A stretch of 64,000 nucleotides of DNA from Camelus dromedarius (GCF_036321535.1 NC_087437.1:30940001-31004000); one strand, 5' to 3'. Positions 26,001 through 40,142 are shown, counted from the first letter of the stretch. Program-made: numbers and translations. Notes: generated by a model not told the origin, from the sequence alone.

Positions 26001-29000
26001 ATGTGTCCCCTTTTCTGGAAGGCAAAGAAGAAGTCACATCTAGAGGTGTGCCAAGGCTGAACTCTAGCATAGAGGGTCTCTAACTGGTTATATAAAGAAC
26101 GTCAGTTAAGTTACAGAACCAAAATGGGGAACAATAATCACCACTAAAAACCAATGAGTGGGGCATATCGGGGGAGGGGGGGTGAATAATTGGGTGGGCC
26201 TGAAACAATTCCAGAGGCAGAGTGCAGCTTCTCCTTTAAGTCTATGTCTCCACATGGCTGCCCGTGAGGAGTCCTACATGTGAGGAGTGCAGCAGGATTC
26301 CAGTGTCCTGACTTTAAATCCAGAGACCAGACTCCCTCCCCAACACCTCGACAAAGTCATCCCTTTCACCTCCTTGTTAACTGCCAGTGATTCCTTTTCT
26401 GTATAGTCTACATCTATATACATACTCTTCATTTCATCTAGATAAAAATGGGAGTGGTCAACTATTAACACCGGTTACTTCAGGGAAGGGATACCTAAGG
26501 GTTCGGGGATAAGTCATCACTCTGCTTAATACACTTACATATTATTCAAAGTTGATGGGTCAATTTATTTTTAAATTAGATCATTAAAAACAAAAATGAA
26601 ACAGCGTAAGATATGGCGGTGGTGGTGGAACATGTGATTTGCCACTGGTGATGCTCCCCGAGGGATGGTTTCAGAATTAATAGTTCCCTTTTTCAGAAGG
26701 GAAATTCAAGATTTGCTTTTGTGAAGGGGTCGGCGTAGGTGTCTTGGATCTGTTTAAAAGATAATTTTGATTAAAAGCTAAAAAAAATCATGATTCTCAT
26801 ACAAATATAAAATGAAAGATAGTGCTTCTGCTTGATTCATTAATTAGTGGGGATCCAGTAAGATTTATAACCAGTTCAAGAGAATTCAAAGAGCAGACAC
26901 ATATTTAGACAACTAGGAATGCTGAACTCGGTTTGATTAATGAGTATAAAACTGGCTTCTTGGAAAGAAAGGATATCAGTTTGCACTTTTACCTGACAAA
27001 ATTCATTTGCAGTCTATGGATGAGAGTCGTTTGCAGATGACTAGTTGTTGACATGAACAGAGCTGTAAAATAGTTCAAAGACAATGAAAGGCAGACACAG
27101 CCCATACAGATGCACTAGACAGGACATCCAATAATCTATCTTGCCTGCTTTAAACTTTTTCACATTTTTTTTTCCTGCCAGCTCAGAATAACACTTGTTA
27201 AAATTCAGGTGTTCCCACCCAAGATCTGTACTTAAGATTCTGTGTCTTAAAAGAGAAAAGGGAATTTGTCATCACTTTATTTTGACATTTATGTTTGGGG
27301 TGATAAATTACCAACCCCAAAAGAATGTAAAAAAAATCATTAATTTCAAGAATGACATATTAATGACATAATTATCAAGGGATAGTTTAAAATTCACTTT
27401 TATTTTTCATTTTATCTTTTGAGATGGAGCAGAGAGCAAGTATCTATTATAATAAACAAGATAATTTTTTAAATCAATTTTTTTAAAGTGATGGTTTTTT
27501 TATTGCATTGGGCATATTTTTCAGAGAAAAGTTGATACCACTTACCAAAATAAATTAACATGCCTAATCTTAACCTGATCTATTTTAACCAGAAGAAGAA
27601 TCTCTTTCTACGCTATATATAAGATTATCCACATCTGTTTGGTTGGGTTTTTTAAGTTGATGTCCACGCACACTCATGCACACACACGCACACACATGCC
27701 CCATCCCCCTAGTGGAAGAAAACTTAAAAAGTATGATTTAATTGCAACCAGGAAGGGTAAGGTGGTGGGATGGAGAGTGGGACTGGTGAGGACAGGTCAA
27801 TAGGAGAAGAGTTATAAAACCATGCTTATGTCTAGGCGATCCCTTTGAAAGAAGAAAATTAAGGGAGTTTATGTCTCTCACCAGCTTTTCCACTTCCCTC
27901 TTTGTCATTTCTTTGCTATTTTTCATGTCACTCCAATGTTGTGCTGTAATGTTTGCGTCTATAATGAGAATTAATGGAGTTTTATTTGGAAAAGAAATTT
28001 AAATTTGAGGAAAAGGATGAGAAGAGAAGAAAATTGAAAGAGCTATTTTATAATTTTAAAAGAGAAGAACACTGGCTACTCTTCTCCCAAAACAAAACAA
28101 ACCAAACCAATTTATTGCCAAAACGCAACTGCGGAAAGAAAACAGAATTCCTCCTGACTATGGAAATAAAATGGAAGTTTAAAATAAAGTTAGAAGGACA
28201 TATTGGAGGGAGTATCAGTCAGATTCTTCCCAGTATTTATTTGCTGCCCAGGGACAGTATATGTCCCAGTAGCAGGGGGGAGGTGCTGTGACTCAGGGAG
28301 GGCAGTGAAATTTTTTCTAAGTCCTCTCCTTTGCTTTGAAAGAATTACACCCAAAATGTCTAAATTTTTATTAGACGAATATTGTTCACATTTCCTCAAA
28401 TGCAGACTCTGCAAAACCAAAGAAGTAGACCATGCTAATTATGAAGACACGTACCCTCCAGGGGAACAGTCTGACTCTGGTTCTAAATGCTATAGAGTCT
28501 CCTTACTTCAGGCTCCACGCATTCTTAACTCCACAGGGACCGTCTGAGGTTTGCTTAGCAAACCCTTTCTCCATGGATAGTGAAAATTAATACTATAAAT
28601 AATACTCTGATAGTGTCTGGGATATTACTGATTTATATTTATAAGAGCAACTATATTCCAGGCATCCTGGAAATATCGTTTAGAAATTTAGTTGAATTAA
28701 ACACGTATTTCTTATTTAGACTGCTAGGTTTAGAGGAAAATGGAAAAATTATGCATTCTGGTGTAGGTTATTAAAATTGCAAATCTGTCTTACTTTGACT
28801 ATGTCTCTCAACCACAATTTGAATAAATGAACCAATGAACAAAGGAATATCATAGCCCAATTTGAGTTATTATATGTATCTCAATTAAATAAAACTTCTT
28901 CTCTGCTCCAAATCTCTCCATAACGGTGGTTTCTAAAGAACTGCATTTGGTTCAAGGCAGTTATGTGATAACTTTTTGTTATTAAATAAACTTAGATTAG

Positions 29001-29659
29001 GGAGCATGACTTTGAGCCAAGGAAATTTATTGTTTTACTGAACTACATTCAAACAACCAGATAAATTATTTTAGCCAGGTTTCAAAGTTCTGGTCCATCC
29101 AGAAGTGACTTTGACAATTAAACTACAATAATCAGATATTACTAAACAGTTAACAAATGTATACAGAAAACTATGTACTGATAACAGCACTTATTAAAAT
29201 ATAAAAGAGACATTTTTCAATGCTAATAAAACATATAGTATTAAGTAGATCATTTAAAAAGTTTAACTACCTTTTAAAGATACATCTTCTGCTTGGTTTT
29301 AATGTACATGTGTGTGACAGACCCTTCATTTTCACCTAAGATTTTGTCAGGTTGATCTGAACTATGCCCTTTCTCAGAAAGCCAGAATCCACATTCCAAG
29401 GTCTTAATGAATCCTATCCAATGCAACATTGCCATCTAGGGTTAGTCAGGCATCTTGGCAATGGACTCCTGCAAGGAGATCTAAAACACTGGAGGGAGAA
29501 TTTTGTGGTTGTTGTAGGAAAAGAAAATAATGGGTATCCTTTGTTTGTTTAGTGTTCCTTTTCTGCTATTCACATTGTTGAATTTCTTATGTGAAGTTTA
29601 ATAACCTAAGTGAATGACTACCTTAATGCCTAAGGGACAAAGAAGCACTGTTCATTTCT

Positions 29660-29890
29660 AATGTTAGCTGGGTCCTTCGTTGTGTGCCAGTGACTGTGTT
29701 AAGTGCTATATCTGCTATTTCACAGTCATGCTTACTCCTCATAACAAGCTTGGTACTATTGTGTATGACTTTACTTATGAGGAAGCTGAAATAGAGAACA
29801 GTCAAATGACTTGCCCAAGGTTGTGCAGTTGGTGGGTCGTAGAGCCAGGCTTCCAAATCCTGGAGACAGAGCCTCACACTTAATCACTGC
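29660..29890 (-). mobile_element. MIR SINE
   Basis: ttttacttatgaggaagctgaaatagagaacagtcaaatgacttgcccaaggt core. Confidence 0.75.
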
Positions 29891-29919
29891 TGTTGTAAAG
29901 AAATGGATTTTTTTTTTTT

Positions 29920-30218
29920 TGGCCTAAGTGACAGATATTTGTTTCTCACAGTTCTGGCGGCTGGAAGTCCAAGGTCAGGGTACCAGCGTGGTTGGGTTCT
30001 GGTGAGGACCCTCTTCTTGCTGTGTCCTCACGAGAAAGGGAAGAGAGATCAAGTTCTCTGGCGTCTCTTCTTTTTAAAGGCACTAATCCCATCATGAAGG
30101 CCCCGCCTCATGACCTCATGTATCTCTGGTTACCTCACAAAGGCCCCATCTCCAAATCTCACACTGGGGTGAAGGGCTTCGACATACAAATTTGTGGGGG
30201 ACACAATTCAGTCCATAG
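29920..30218 (-). mobile_element. MaLR LTR fragment (MLT1A-like)
   Basis: tctcacagttctggcggctggaagtccaaggtcaggg...aaggcactaatcccatcatgaagg...gggggacacaattcagtccata. Confidence 0.85.
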
Positions 30219-32442
30219 TAGATTGTAAGAGAAGGCTTATCCAAGGAGGAGCCCTCGGAGCAGCTTCTGGGGTGAAATGAGGGAGAAAGGACAAGAAACG
30301 GATATTTAAAAAATAATTCTGAATGTACTTGCCTCTTGGTAATTGAAAAAAAATTTTTTTTACTGTCATCCTTGCACCATTAGGGCCAGACCATGAGGCT
30401 TTTTATGCCAAGAAAAGGAAAACGTGAACACAAGTGGGTGTGGGTAAACATCTAAACAGGTTTGGGGGTGTCAAATAGTATCCAGGCTGGGGAGACTAAG
30501 TTGTGGAGGGAAACCCTGGGTGTGTGATGGCATCTTGTTCAACATGGCACCATTGAATGGGTTCAGTTCAGAAGTGAAAGAGGTGTTTCCATGGAGGGCC
30601 TAAAATAGCGCCCCTGTTCCCTGTGGCCTACCATCACACACTGGAGAGTCACAAGTGCTTGCAGACTGTGCGAAGTGAAGAGGAACATGGAAGCTGAGAG
30701 AACTGAGAGATTAGAAGAAGCCTGGAGTTATAGAAAGGAGGCCGCAGAGTGCAGGGCCTCGTGAATGGAGGCATGACTAGAAGTCTGCAACCTTGTTGGT
30801 GGGTACCCATGTGACAGCCACAATAATGACCAAATGGAGTGAAGCCCACAAGGACCCAGAAGGTGCCACGTGGACCAGAGGCTCTTCCCCACCTTGTCAT
30901 GAAGTTCCCTTGGACAAAGAGGAAGGAGAATTGGTCAGGGAGACTCCTAGAGGACAGAAACCCCCATAACAAAGAGAGTAAATGAAATGCACTGGGTCTT
31001 TACCTTAAGAGAGCATTAAAAATGCAAAGAGATGCTATTACATTTATTTGGCAGAATCAAGTGTTCCTCCTCAACATGATCCCAACCCTACCTGTGTAAC
31101 CATCAGCAGAAATGGAGCCAGAGCAAGCTGGAGCAAGATGAGGACAGTTGTGGAAAATAAAGTTACGTTCAGTGCACATCTGAATCATTATAAACTGATT
31201 CTGCTATATCATTGATGTACGACATTACTATTAGAAGTCACTTCTGCCAAGTTGAGCAGTAACCTACTTCCCTTAAAAACAAACTGACCAGCATGACTCC
31301 TTAGGCACTAGAAATTTCTTGAGCCTTGAGCAGATGTCAGCCAGCAATTTCTGGCCACATTTTTCTCCTCATTGGAAACCCCCAGTGGAGTGGGAGAGCT
31401 ATTGGTAATACCTCCTATTTTTTGTTCTTAAAGACAGGCAGCTGGATATGTGTACTCCCATGGGCAGGTCACTGACTAAAAAATTCACTGATACCACTAA
31501 GGACCTTTGTGACCTTGAGATTATTGCTCAGCTTTTCTGAACTCCAGGTTCTTCATGTATAAGATGGAAAAATAGTAGAATAGTACATTACATAGTTTTT
31601 GCAAGGGTTGGTGAGCGCTGAGACAGGCAGACTGTGGAACATAGCACTTACTGTTCGTGCTACTGCTGTTACTGTTGTTATTACTTGGTATGTTTTGGAT
31701 GAATAGTTGAGGGATCCTGATGTAGATAAATAAGCACATGCAAAGCTGTGTGTCTGGTTTTACCAAACACTCTCTCATTATTCTCTAAAATCCAAGCTGT
31801 ATAACTCAATATTTTATTGCATATAGCCTCATTTTAAATTATTTTACTCAGTTTTGTTGATTTGCACCATCTAAATGGTCATTTCTAGGCAGACACTGTA
31901 TCTTACGGCACATAAATACCCATTTCTGTAGCAGAGATTCTAATACATGTCTAGTACATATAAAAGCTATAAAAATGTGAACTGGAGATTAGAAGTACTT
32001 ATTTTCAACTCATTTGCAAGATGGAAAAGTTCTTGAAAACAATGCTGAGCAAATAATGTAGAAAAAGCTGGATGCATTTAAATTAAAAATTAAGAACTCC
32101 AAACAAGCTCTTAAATCTTCTAAATCCTTTCCCTTTATATCCTTGTTTCTTTCATTGCTTGTGTTTATTTTATTGCCTTTCTCCCTTATTATTACAAAAA
32201 CAATGCAGCCTTAGTCTCACTGCAGATAAAAAATTATCATAAAGAATACCCATTATCCATACACTTTAATACCTTGACAGATAGCCTTCTAGAGCACTTT
32301 TAGCACATTTTAAAAAATGACCAAGTCACACCTAATCTTCCACATTATCAGGACTTATATAAACCAGTTCCATCCCATGGACATTTAGGTTTCCAACTAA
32401 CCCTTTTTGCTGGACATTAGGCTATTTCCAACTCATTCCTAT

Positions 32443-32892
32443 TGTATTATCTATTGCTGCTGTAACTGATTACCACTCATTTAGTGGCCTAAAACAGCAC
32501 AGATTTATCCTCTTATAGTTCTGGAGACCAGAAAGCTGAAACCGATTTCATTGGGCTAAAGATGTCAGCGAGGCTGTTTCCTTCTGGGGGCCCTGAGTAG
32601 GGGATCTATTTCCTTGCCTTTGCCGGCTTCTAGAGGCTGCCGGCATTCCAGCCTCTGCTTTTGTCACAGGGCCTTCTCTTCAGCATGTATCTCCCCCTCT
32701 TTTCCCTTTATCAGGACACTTGTGATTACATCACCGAGCCTGCCTGGATAATCCAGAAAAATCTCCCTTTCTGAAGATCCTTAACTTAATCACACCTGCA
32801 AAGTCCCTTTTGCTATATAATGTAACCTGTTCCTGGGTTCTAGGGATTAAGACATGTACATCTTGAGGGGGCCATCGTTCAGCCAGTAACAA
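32443..32892 (-). mobile_element. MaLR solo LTR (MLT1D-like)
   Basis: tgtattatctattgctgctgtaactgattaccac...atccttaacttaatcacacctgcaaagtcccttttgc...ggggccatcgttcagccagtaaca. Confidence 0.85.
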
Positions 32893-33539
32893 AAAGTATA
32901 AAGGGTATAAACTGGTAGTCTAGTCTGGGGAAAATACTAGGGAAAAAAATCCTGAAATTTTATGAAAAGTGATTAAAAACGTTTAAGGACATATGAACAC
33001 TGGTAAAACTGCCACAATTTCTAATACTGCCTAAAATAGGGACCCTTTGTATCCATTTCAACCAAAGCATTTTAACCAGTTTTAAGTCTTGACCGACCTG
33101 TTTTCCATCAAATAACCTGCAGCCCACTATGTAAGTACAAGGAAGGCAAGTCAGGCAGACTGCGGGGGCTGTGTATCTCAGGATCCAAGTCTCAGGGGAA
33201 TTGGAAGATAAGCTGAGGTATGCGGAAGGACATCGATCAGGTGATGGGACGTAAGGGAGGAAGCTCCTGACACAGGGAAGGTGGTGCCCATGTGAGTGAG
33301 GAAGGACGTGGAGCTAAAATAGAGCATTGAGTGTTTAGGAACTGAAGGCAGGTTTATGTGGCTAGAAGTGTGTTTTGAGTTGGCAGTGGGACGGGGGTGC
33401 TACAAAAGAGGAAGCTGATTAGGTAACTAGGGACTGGATCAAGAGGGACCTCGTAAAGCCTGTTGTTTATGGACTTTATCTTAAGGCAGATGCAGGGGCC
33501 CTTGAAAATGCTCTGGGTCCTCTGAATAAGAACTTCATA

Positions 33540-35170
33540 TTGTTAATACGGAAACATTCACCAAAGTGATCAGTAGGTTCAACACAAATTGTACTAAAAT
33601 TCCAGCTTTCCCTACCCCAGAAATTGATGAGCTGATCCCAAAATTCATATGGGAATGGAGAAGACCCAGAATTATTAAAACAATCTTAAAAAAGAAAAAC
33701 AAAGTTGGAGGACTTAATATTTCCTGATTTCAAAACAAATACAAAACTAGTATAATGAAGATAGCACAATTTGGCATGAGGATAAATGTATATAGACCAA
33801 TGGAATAAAAATCCTCCCATTTACAGTCACTTGATTTTTGACAAAGTTGCCATGATAATTCAATGAGGGAATAATAGTCTTTTCAACAAATGGTGCAGGA
33901 AGTGTTGGTTATTTACAATAAAAAACAGTAACATGAACTTAGGCCTTTTCTTATAATCATAACAAAAATCAACTCAAAATGGATCATAAACCTAAATGTA
34001 AGAGTTATAATTTGAAAATATCTAAAAGAACACATATAGCTTTCTTTGAGTTATTAGCTTTAGGGACACACAAATCAAAACCACAGGATACCACTTTGTA
34101 TCCACTAGAATGGCTAGAATAAAAAAGGAGTGATAATAAAAAGCAGTGGCAAGGATGTGGAGATGTTGGAACTATGATACATTGCTAGTGGAACTGTAAA
34201 ATGGTACAATCACTTTAGAAGAGAGTTTGGCACTTTCTCAAGATATTAAGCATATAGTTACCATAGGACTCAGCAATTCCACTTCCACATATCTACCCGA
34301 GAGAATCAACGTATGTTCTCACAAAGACTTGTACAATAACGTTCATAGCAGTTCTGCTCATAACAGCCAAAGAATGGAAACAACCCAAATGTCCATCAGC
34401 TGATAAATGGACAAATAAAATGTGGTATATCCATACAATGGAATTTTATTTGGCAACAAAAATAAACAATAAAAAGTAAAGTACTGATACATGTTAAAAC
34501 ATGGACACACCTTGAAAACATTATGCTAACCAAAAGAAGCCAGTAATGTGAACACATTGTGATTCCATTTATATAAATGTCCAGGATAGAGACATCGTTA
34601 GCAGCTGAAAAGCAGATTAGTGGTTGTCCAGGGCTAGGGGTGATGGCTGCAGGGAGTGGAGAGTGACTGCTAATAGGTATGGGTTTCTTTTTGGGATGAT
34701 GAAAATGATCTAAAATTAAACTGTAGTGATGGTTGCACAACTCTGTCAGGACACTAAAACTCATTGAATTATACATTATAAACGGGTGAATTTTATGGTG
34801 TATAAATTATGCCTTAACCTTTTAAAAATGAAGTCTAATACATGCTACAATATGAATAAACCTCCCAACATTATGCTTTGTGAAAGAAGTCAGACACAAA
34901 AGACCACATATTGTATGATTCCATTTAAATGAATTGTCCAGAAGAGGCAAATCTACAGAAACAGAAAGTAGATTGAGTGATTGCCTAGGGCTTGGGTTGA
35001 GGGAAGATTGGGAAATGAGATTCCTTTTTGGGATAATGGAAATGTTCTAAAATTAGATTGTGATGATGGCTGCTCAAGTCTGTAACTATGGCTAAAAACT
35101 ATTGAATTGTGCACTCTACATAGGTGAATTTTATGATATATAAATTATACCTCAATAAGGCTATAAAAAA
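33540..35170 (+). mobile_element. L1MB-like ORF2 3' part and 3'UTR
   Basis: cccaaaattcatatggga...atagtcttttcaacaaatggtgc...ggaaacaacccaaatgtccatcagctgataaatggac...aaattatacctcaataagg. Confidence 0.88.
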
Positions 35171-38061
35171 CTTTTTTAATGGCCTGAGGATTGACATGGT
35201 CAATTTCCTTCAGTGTGGAGATGGATTCGAAAGGGGCTAATGTAGAGGCAGGAAGGCATGTTAAGTTTTTCCAATGAGAGTTAAAACTAGCCAGTTTTTT
35301 TTCAATTTTAAATTTTAATAGAAACATGTTTATTCTCTAGAAGACTGTGATGATAATGGTTTCCCTAGTCAACTGCTTACCATTGTCACCGTTTTTGTCA
35401 CAGCCGCAGCTCACTATACCTGTGTAACAGGTGATACATCCAAGGGGAAAGGATGCTTTCATTTCCGTATTTTGAGTTTAATGCCTTAGTGAGTCAGCTA
35501 ATTTAGAGGCAGGGGATTAATCAAGCTGTCAGATTATTTCCTTGAAAAAAGAGACAGCAGAAGAGATAGTAACCTGTGCCTTCTCAGTTCAGCAGGGCAG
35601 CTATTTAAAATGTTTTACGCCTGTAGTGCTTGTCTCTCTCCTTGGCTATAACTGAGGCCTTTCTCTAGTTAGACGTACAGGAGGCTCTTTTGTAACAAGT
35701 GGTTAGTATTGACATGTTAAAAAAAAAAAGGCAAAAGCCTACTTCCTACGCACTCCAAGGCCTCTCAACAATAACTTGCACCTCATATAACAATACACGT
35801 ATGAAAACCGATTTATTTTTAGTCTTCTTTCTTCTTAGAGAAAGATACAAGCGAGCCATAGTGTCATAATATTACAAAACTCAATACAGATGATAATCTT
35901 TAACTGTTGGAGAGATACATTAAAAAACTAGTATACATATTGTAAAGTAAAAACATCCACTTAAACACATATAACTAGGTGTTGGGTTCATTCCTTGATT
36001 GTTTAGAAGGACAGCTCCCCATGGGAAATAAGAAAATAGATTAGTGTATTCCTTCATCTGGTGCTATGGCATGAGGATTGCCCAGGATTCTAAATGATTA
36101 TGAAGGTAAGGGAGTGACAGAGGGGAATGTAAAAGCCAAGTGATACCTAACAAGCTCAGCCTGACGAAGAGGCTGAAACCCGCCGAGAGCTCACTGTGGT
36201 CGCTGTCGTGCTGGGGCTTTGCGGAAGCATGCAGCAGTGTTCACCTACGGTTGATACATACTTCGAGCTTTTCCTGGAAACCATGTCAACAGCCTTTAAA
36301 TGCTCTTTTAGCCTTTGTTAATAAGATGGTTCTCATAACCTTTAAAGGCTCAGGTGTTTTCCTTTGCTTGAAGGCAGAGACAAGCCTGGGCAGAATGTGC
36401 TACTGTTCTTGGAAGGGAGCCTGACCTTCTCCAGGGCCCTGGGAGAACAGCAAGGATCAAACAAGTCTGGGAGAAGGTGCTGAAAACATAACAGCTCACG
36501 GACTCAAATCGAGGAGCCGGGGTGTGACACATGGGACTGAAAACCCGTGGCCATTTGTACCAACATTCTGAGGCCTTTTGCCTTCATTGGGGGTTCCTGA
36601 AGTCAGAGTCCTGTGGAAATGGTAATTAGGTTCAAAGTATTATTTAATAAACAATCTCACCTTGACCATTAACAAAACAACTTGCTACTGCTTCCTCTGA
36701 CAGCATCTTATTAAGCTATCATTGAATTGATCCTGGAAAGAATATTGCTGACTCCTTAGGTCCATAGACTCTGAAAAAGGTGGTCAGTCCTTTGGGTTGA
36801 GGGACTGGCAGTCCAAAGAGATGGAGAGAGGGCTGGACAGCGAAGAGCTAGATCTAGGGCCCACCCTCCTGGACGTGTTCTGTGTCCTTTCTCTGTACTG
36901 CAAAGCCTCAGAAAGGGCAAGGACTCTGGTATCCGTGTGTGAGCACGTACCAGCCATGTGAACTCATTTGCAAAGTGAACAAAAGAAAACCAGTCACGTA
37001 GGGTGTTTTGAGGGTAAGGTGACATGTTGAACGTTCATCACTGTGCATTTAATAAGAACGCTCTGCATAAGAGCACGGGTGTTGTTTTTCCTATTCTCTG
37101 CCTCATCTTTGATGAATTCTACTACATTGGGAGGAAGTAATCATTATGGCCCCGACGAAGTATACTATCATCCTGGGAATTACAATAACATTGGGTACCA
37201 GATGCTGCTACACAAATCAGAAGCCTCAATGCTGAATTGAATTCCTGACCTAGAGGAAGAATAATGCATGTGAAAACAATTTGTACGATATAAAATGCTA
37301 TAAAAATGCTAGTTTTTGTTATTATTAATATAACTTAATCAATTTTTAATGATTTTTAAGGGTGTCTAGTGTAGCTTTTGCCCAGAGAATTAAGACAAAA
37401 CAGCTTTGGTAAAAACATATCTTTGTGCAAGAGTAGCCCTTGGCAACAAGAGGGGTAATTGCTTAGAAACAGCTGCCTTCTGGTAAAAAGGGAGAGCAAA
37501 AATAAGTGAGGAATAGTGCCAAATAGTTTTGAGAAAGGCCTGCACTAAACCTTTGCTGCTCCTGAGAGAAGTTCTCAGGCTGTTGGAGAGGAGTGGTCTG
37601 TCACCCGAAATGCCATTTTGTTTGGATGAAGCCAGATTCTGAAGCCTGTCTGGGAAGAGATTTTCCTGGAAATCCTTTTTTTTTTTCCTTTAAGTCATTT
37701 CTGTGTCATTTTGAAAGTCTGAGGGTGGACCCTGTGGATCATGCACATTTTAGAAAACTAAGGCTAGTCAGCTGTTCGACAGACTGAGATATCACCCAGT
37801 CAGGGGCCAAGGGTGTGCCATCCACTAGCTCACTTGTGAAGGTCTACTCTGCTGTGGGGGATGGAGGTGCAGGCCTGCAGTTTCACCAGTGAGGTGGTAA
37901 TGAGAGATCTTTTGGGATTCCCCAGGGTCAGGTAGAGATTACCCTTAACCAATACATGTGCTGAAAATCCTTCGGTGGGGATGAGGTAAAGGAAATGACT
38001 TTTATGTGGAAGGTTTGGTAGGACCCAGGTGACTGATACTGTTGATGATATTAAGGGGTAA

Positions 38062-38064
<3 letters not shown>

Positions 38065-38092
<28 letters not shown>
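38065..38092. repeat. (TG)14 microsatellite
   Basis: Perfect dinucleotide run. Confidence 0.97.
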
Positions 38093-38095
<3 letters not shown>

Positions 38096-38399
38096 TGGGG
38101 ATTACTGTTGAGTGTGCATGTGTTTTAAAACAGGATTTTTCTTACAGTAGCATTTTTTTTCTGTTTACAAAAGAAATACAGGAATATTGTAGAACATGTG
38201 GGAAAATATAGAAAAGTAGAAAGAAAAAAATTAACATCACCCACAATTTACCACCAAAAAGTAATTAAAAGTACTGCATGGGTGTCAATCTGGGCTGGAA
38301 ATGAGCATGGAAACATGAAGATCGTTGGTTTGTTAAAATAGTGGGTAAAGAGATTTTTTCTTTTGATTTCAGTTTGCAGTGGTTTCTTCTAGTGCTTTT

Positions 38400-38627
38400 T
38401 TTTTTTTAACATTTTTTATTGATTTATAATCATTTTACATTGTTGTGTCAAATTCCAGTATTCAGCACAATTTTTCAGTTATTCATGGACATATGCACAC
38501 TCATTGTCACATTTTTTTCTCTGTGAGTTATCATAACATTTTGTGTATATTTCCCTGTGCTATATACAGTGTAGTCTATTCTACAATTTTGAAATCCCAG
38601 TCTATCCCTTCCCACCCTCCACCCCCC
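38400..38627 (-). mobile_element. Young, severely 5'-truncated L1 3' end with a perfect TSD
   Basis: polyT then aacattttttattgatttataatcattttaca...atcccttcccaccctcc; identical CTTCTAGTGCTTTT at 38386-38399 and 38628-38641. Confidence 0.88.
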
Positions 38628-39911
38628 CTTCTAGTGCTTTTAATGGAAATATATGTATGAAAGAGAGCTGCAGTATATTGGTAAATTTTATAAACTTAAA
38701 AGAGTACAATTGTGTACGCTGGTTTGTTTTCTGTTATTTTCACATTAAGCGTATTGAGATTTTTCCATTGTGAATAAACATTTTTCTAAAACTTGATTTA
38801 ATGGCTCCTTTGTTTTCCATCATGTGAATAGATTGTAATTGATTTTAGAAGTTTCCTATTGTGTACGTTTAGTTTGTTCAGTTTTTTACTATTATAGTTA
38901 ACACTGCACTTGATATTCTGATACATCGTGTTTATGTGAATCTCTATTGCTTCCTTGGGATAAGTGCTTTGAAGAAAAATCACATGATCAAAGGATATAC
39001 ACATTTTTCATGCTCCTAATACATATTACTGGACTGCATTCTGAAAATACTTTGTGAATGGTAGATGTTGGAAGAGGGACAAAGAAGGAGGCTGGGAGTC
39101 CATGGTGAACTGACCTGGAGAAAGAGATTGGGAGTCTCTCTGAGAGGGGCCAAGCAAGAAGACATGAGAGGATTCTCAGAAAAGAAGAATCCAGAAATTC
39201 CCAGGGATTTGTGCCTGAACTGGTGATAAAGTCAGGAAAATGAGCTGACCTTGAAGAGGAGGTTAAAGAAAATGATATGTATGAAAAATGTTTCTTGAAC
39301 ACATACTGGCTTTCGAGAATTTTTCTAGCGTAGCTTATTATAATCCTAGTCACTAATGAGGAACTTGAGGCACAGAGAGACTTTCCCACCATCACACTAA
39401 TAAAAGTGGCAAAACACAGATTCAAAATGATGTCTTCTAGTGCGAATCCCCCATGAATTCTCCACTTGAATTTTCCTATACCCCTAAGGAAAGAGCTTGG
39501 CCTGATGTCACCTGTTCTTACGCTTTGTGATGAAGCAGAATGCCCTTCCTCATCTTTAGGGTAAGAGCAGCTCCCACAAGCCTGGCTGAAGTGAGAATGA
39601 ATGAGGCTGAGAAACAAGAAAGGGACAATTTCTGCAAAGTGAAAGACTCTATTTTAAATTCAAACACCACTATTATGTCATTATATATTATTGCTGAGCA
39701 TAAAAGAGATTTTTAGGAGGCTCTGCTCCTAGTGCAGATCCATAAATTGCAGGTGAGTGTGAGGCTCTGTGATTGATGGAGTCATGACAATCAGGTAGCA
39801 AGTAGTGGCAAGCTGAATCCACTGGGATGTGGCATGCACACACTCACTGTAACACTGTATCAAGGTGCCGCGTTAAAACTTAACACTAGTCATTTCCCCC
39901 AAACTTATTAA

Positions 39912-40142
39912 ATGGTTGGCAGAAAGAAATGCTTGGTTCTAGGATTGCTTGGTTTTTTATGGGCTGAATTGAGCATTGAAGGCAAAGAAGAGGAAGAACA
40001 GACTTGTCGGCAAGTTTGATTTGAATGGGTATGTAGATGCCAAAAACCATTCACTTGTTATTGGAGGACTGTTACCTATTCACTCCAGGACCATCCCAGC
40101 TAACAAGACTACTTTGGAGCCAGTATCAGCAAAATGTGAAGA
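39912..40142 (+). pseudogene. VN2R1P: V2R1 exon 1 (signal peptide + start of Venus flytrap), frameshifted
   Basis: ATG at 39912 gives MVGRKKCLVLGLLGFLWAELSIEGKEEEEQTCR, then CAA GTT TGA (stop 40017-40019). The homologous frame resumes at 40012: KFDLNGYVDAKNHSLVIGGLLPIHSRTIPANKTTLEPVSAKCE. Donor GA|GTAAGC at 40143, phase 2. Missed by the ORF track in the correct frame. Confidence 0.92.

Noticed and set aside
26880..27140. Unique-looking block with several TTTGCA octamer-like motifs (possible enhancer)
   Set aside because: None is a perfect ATTTGCAT, and conservation cannot be assessed from the sequence alone.
34480..35170. Apparent duplication of an L1 3' end
   Set aside because: Internal repetition and adjacent fragments are common in L1MB/ME 3'UTRs; not distinctive.
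38988..39617. Longest ORF in the track (209 aa, minus strand)
   Set aside because: No recognisable domain; it overlaps MIR/L1-like fragments and has no convincing ATG or splice context.
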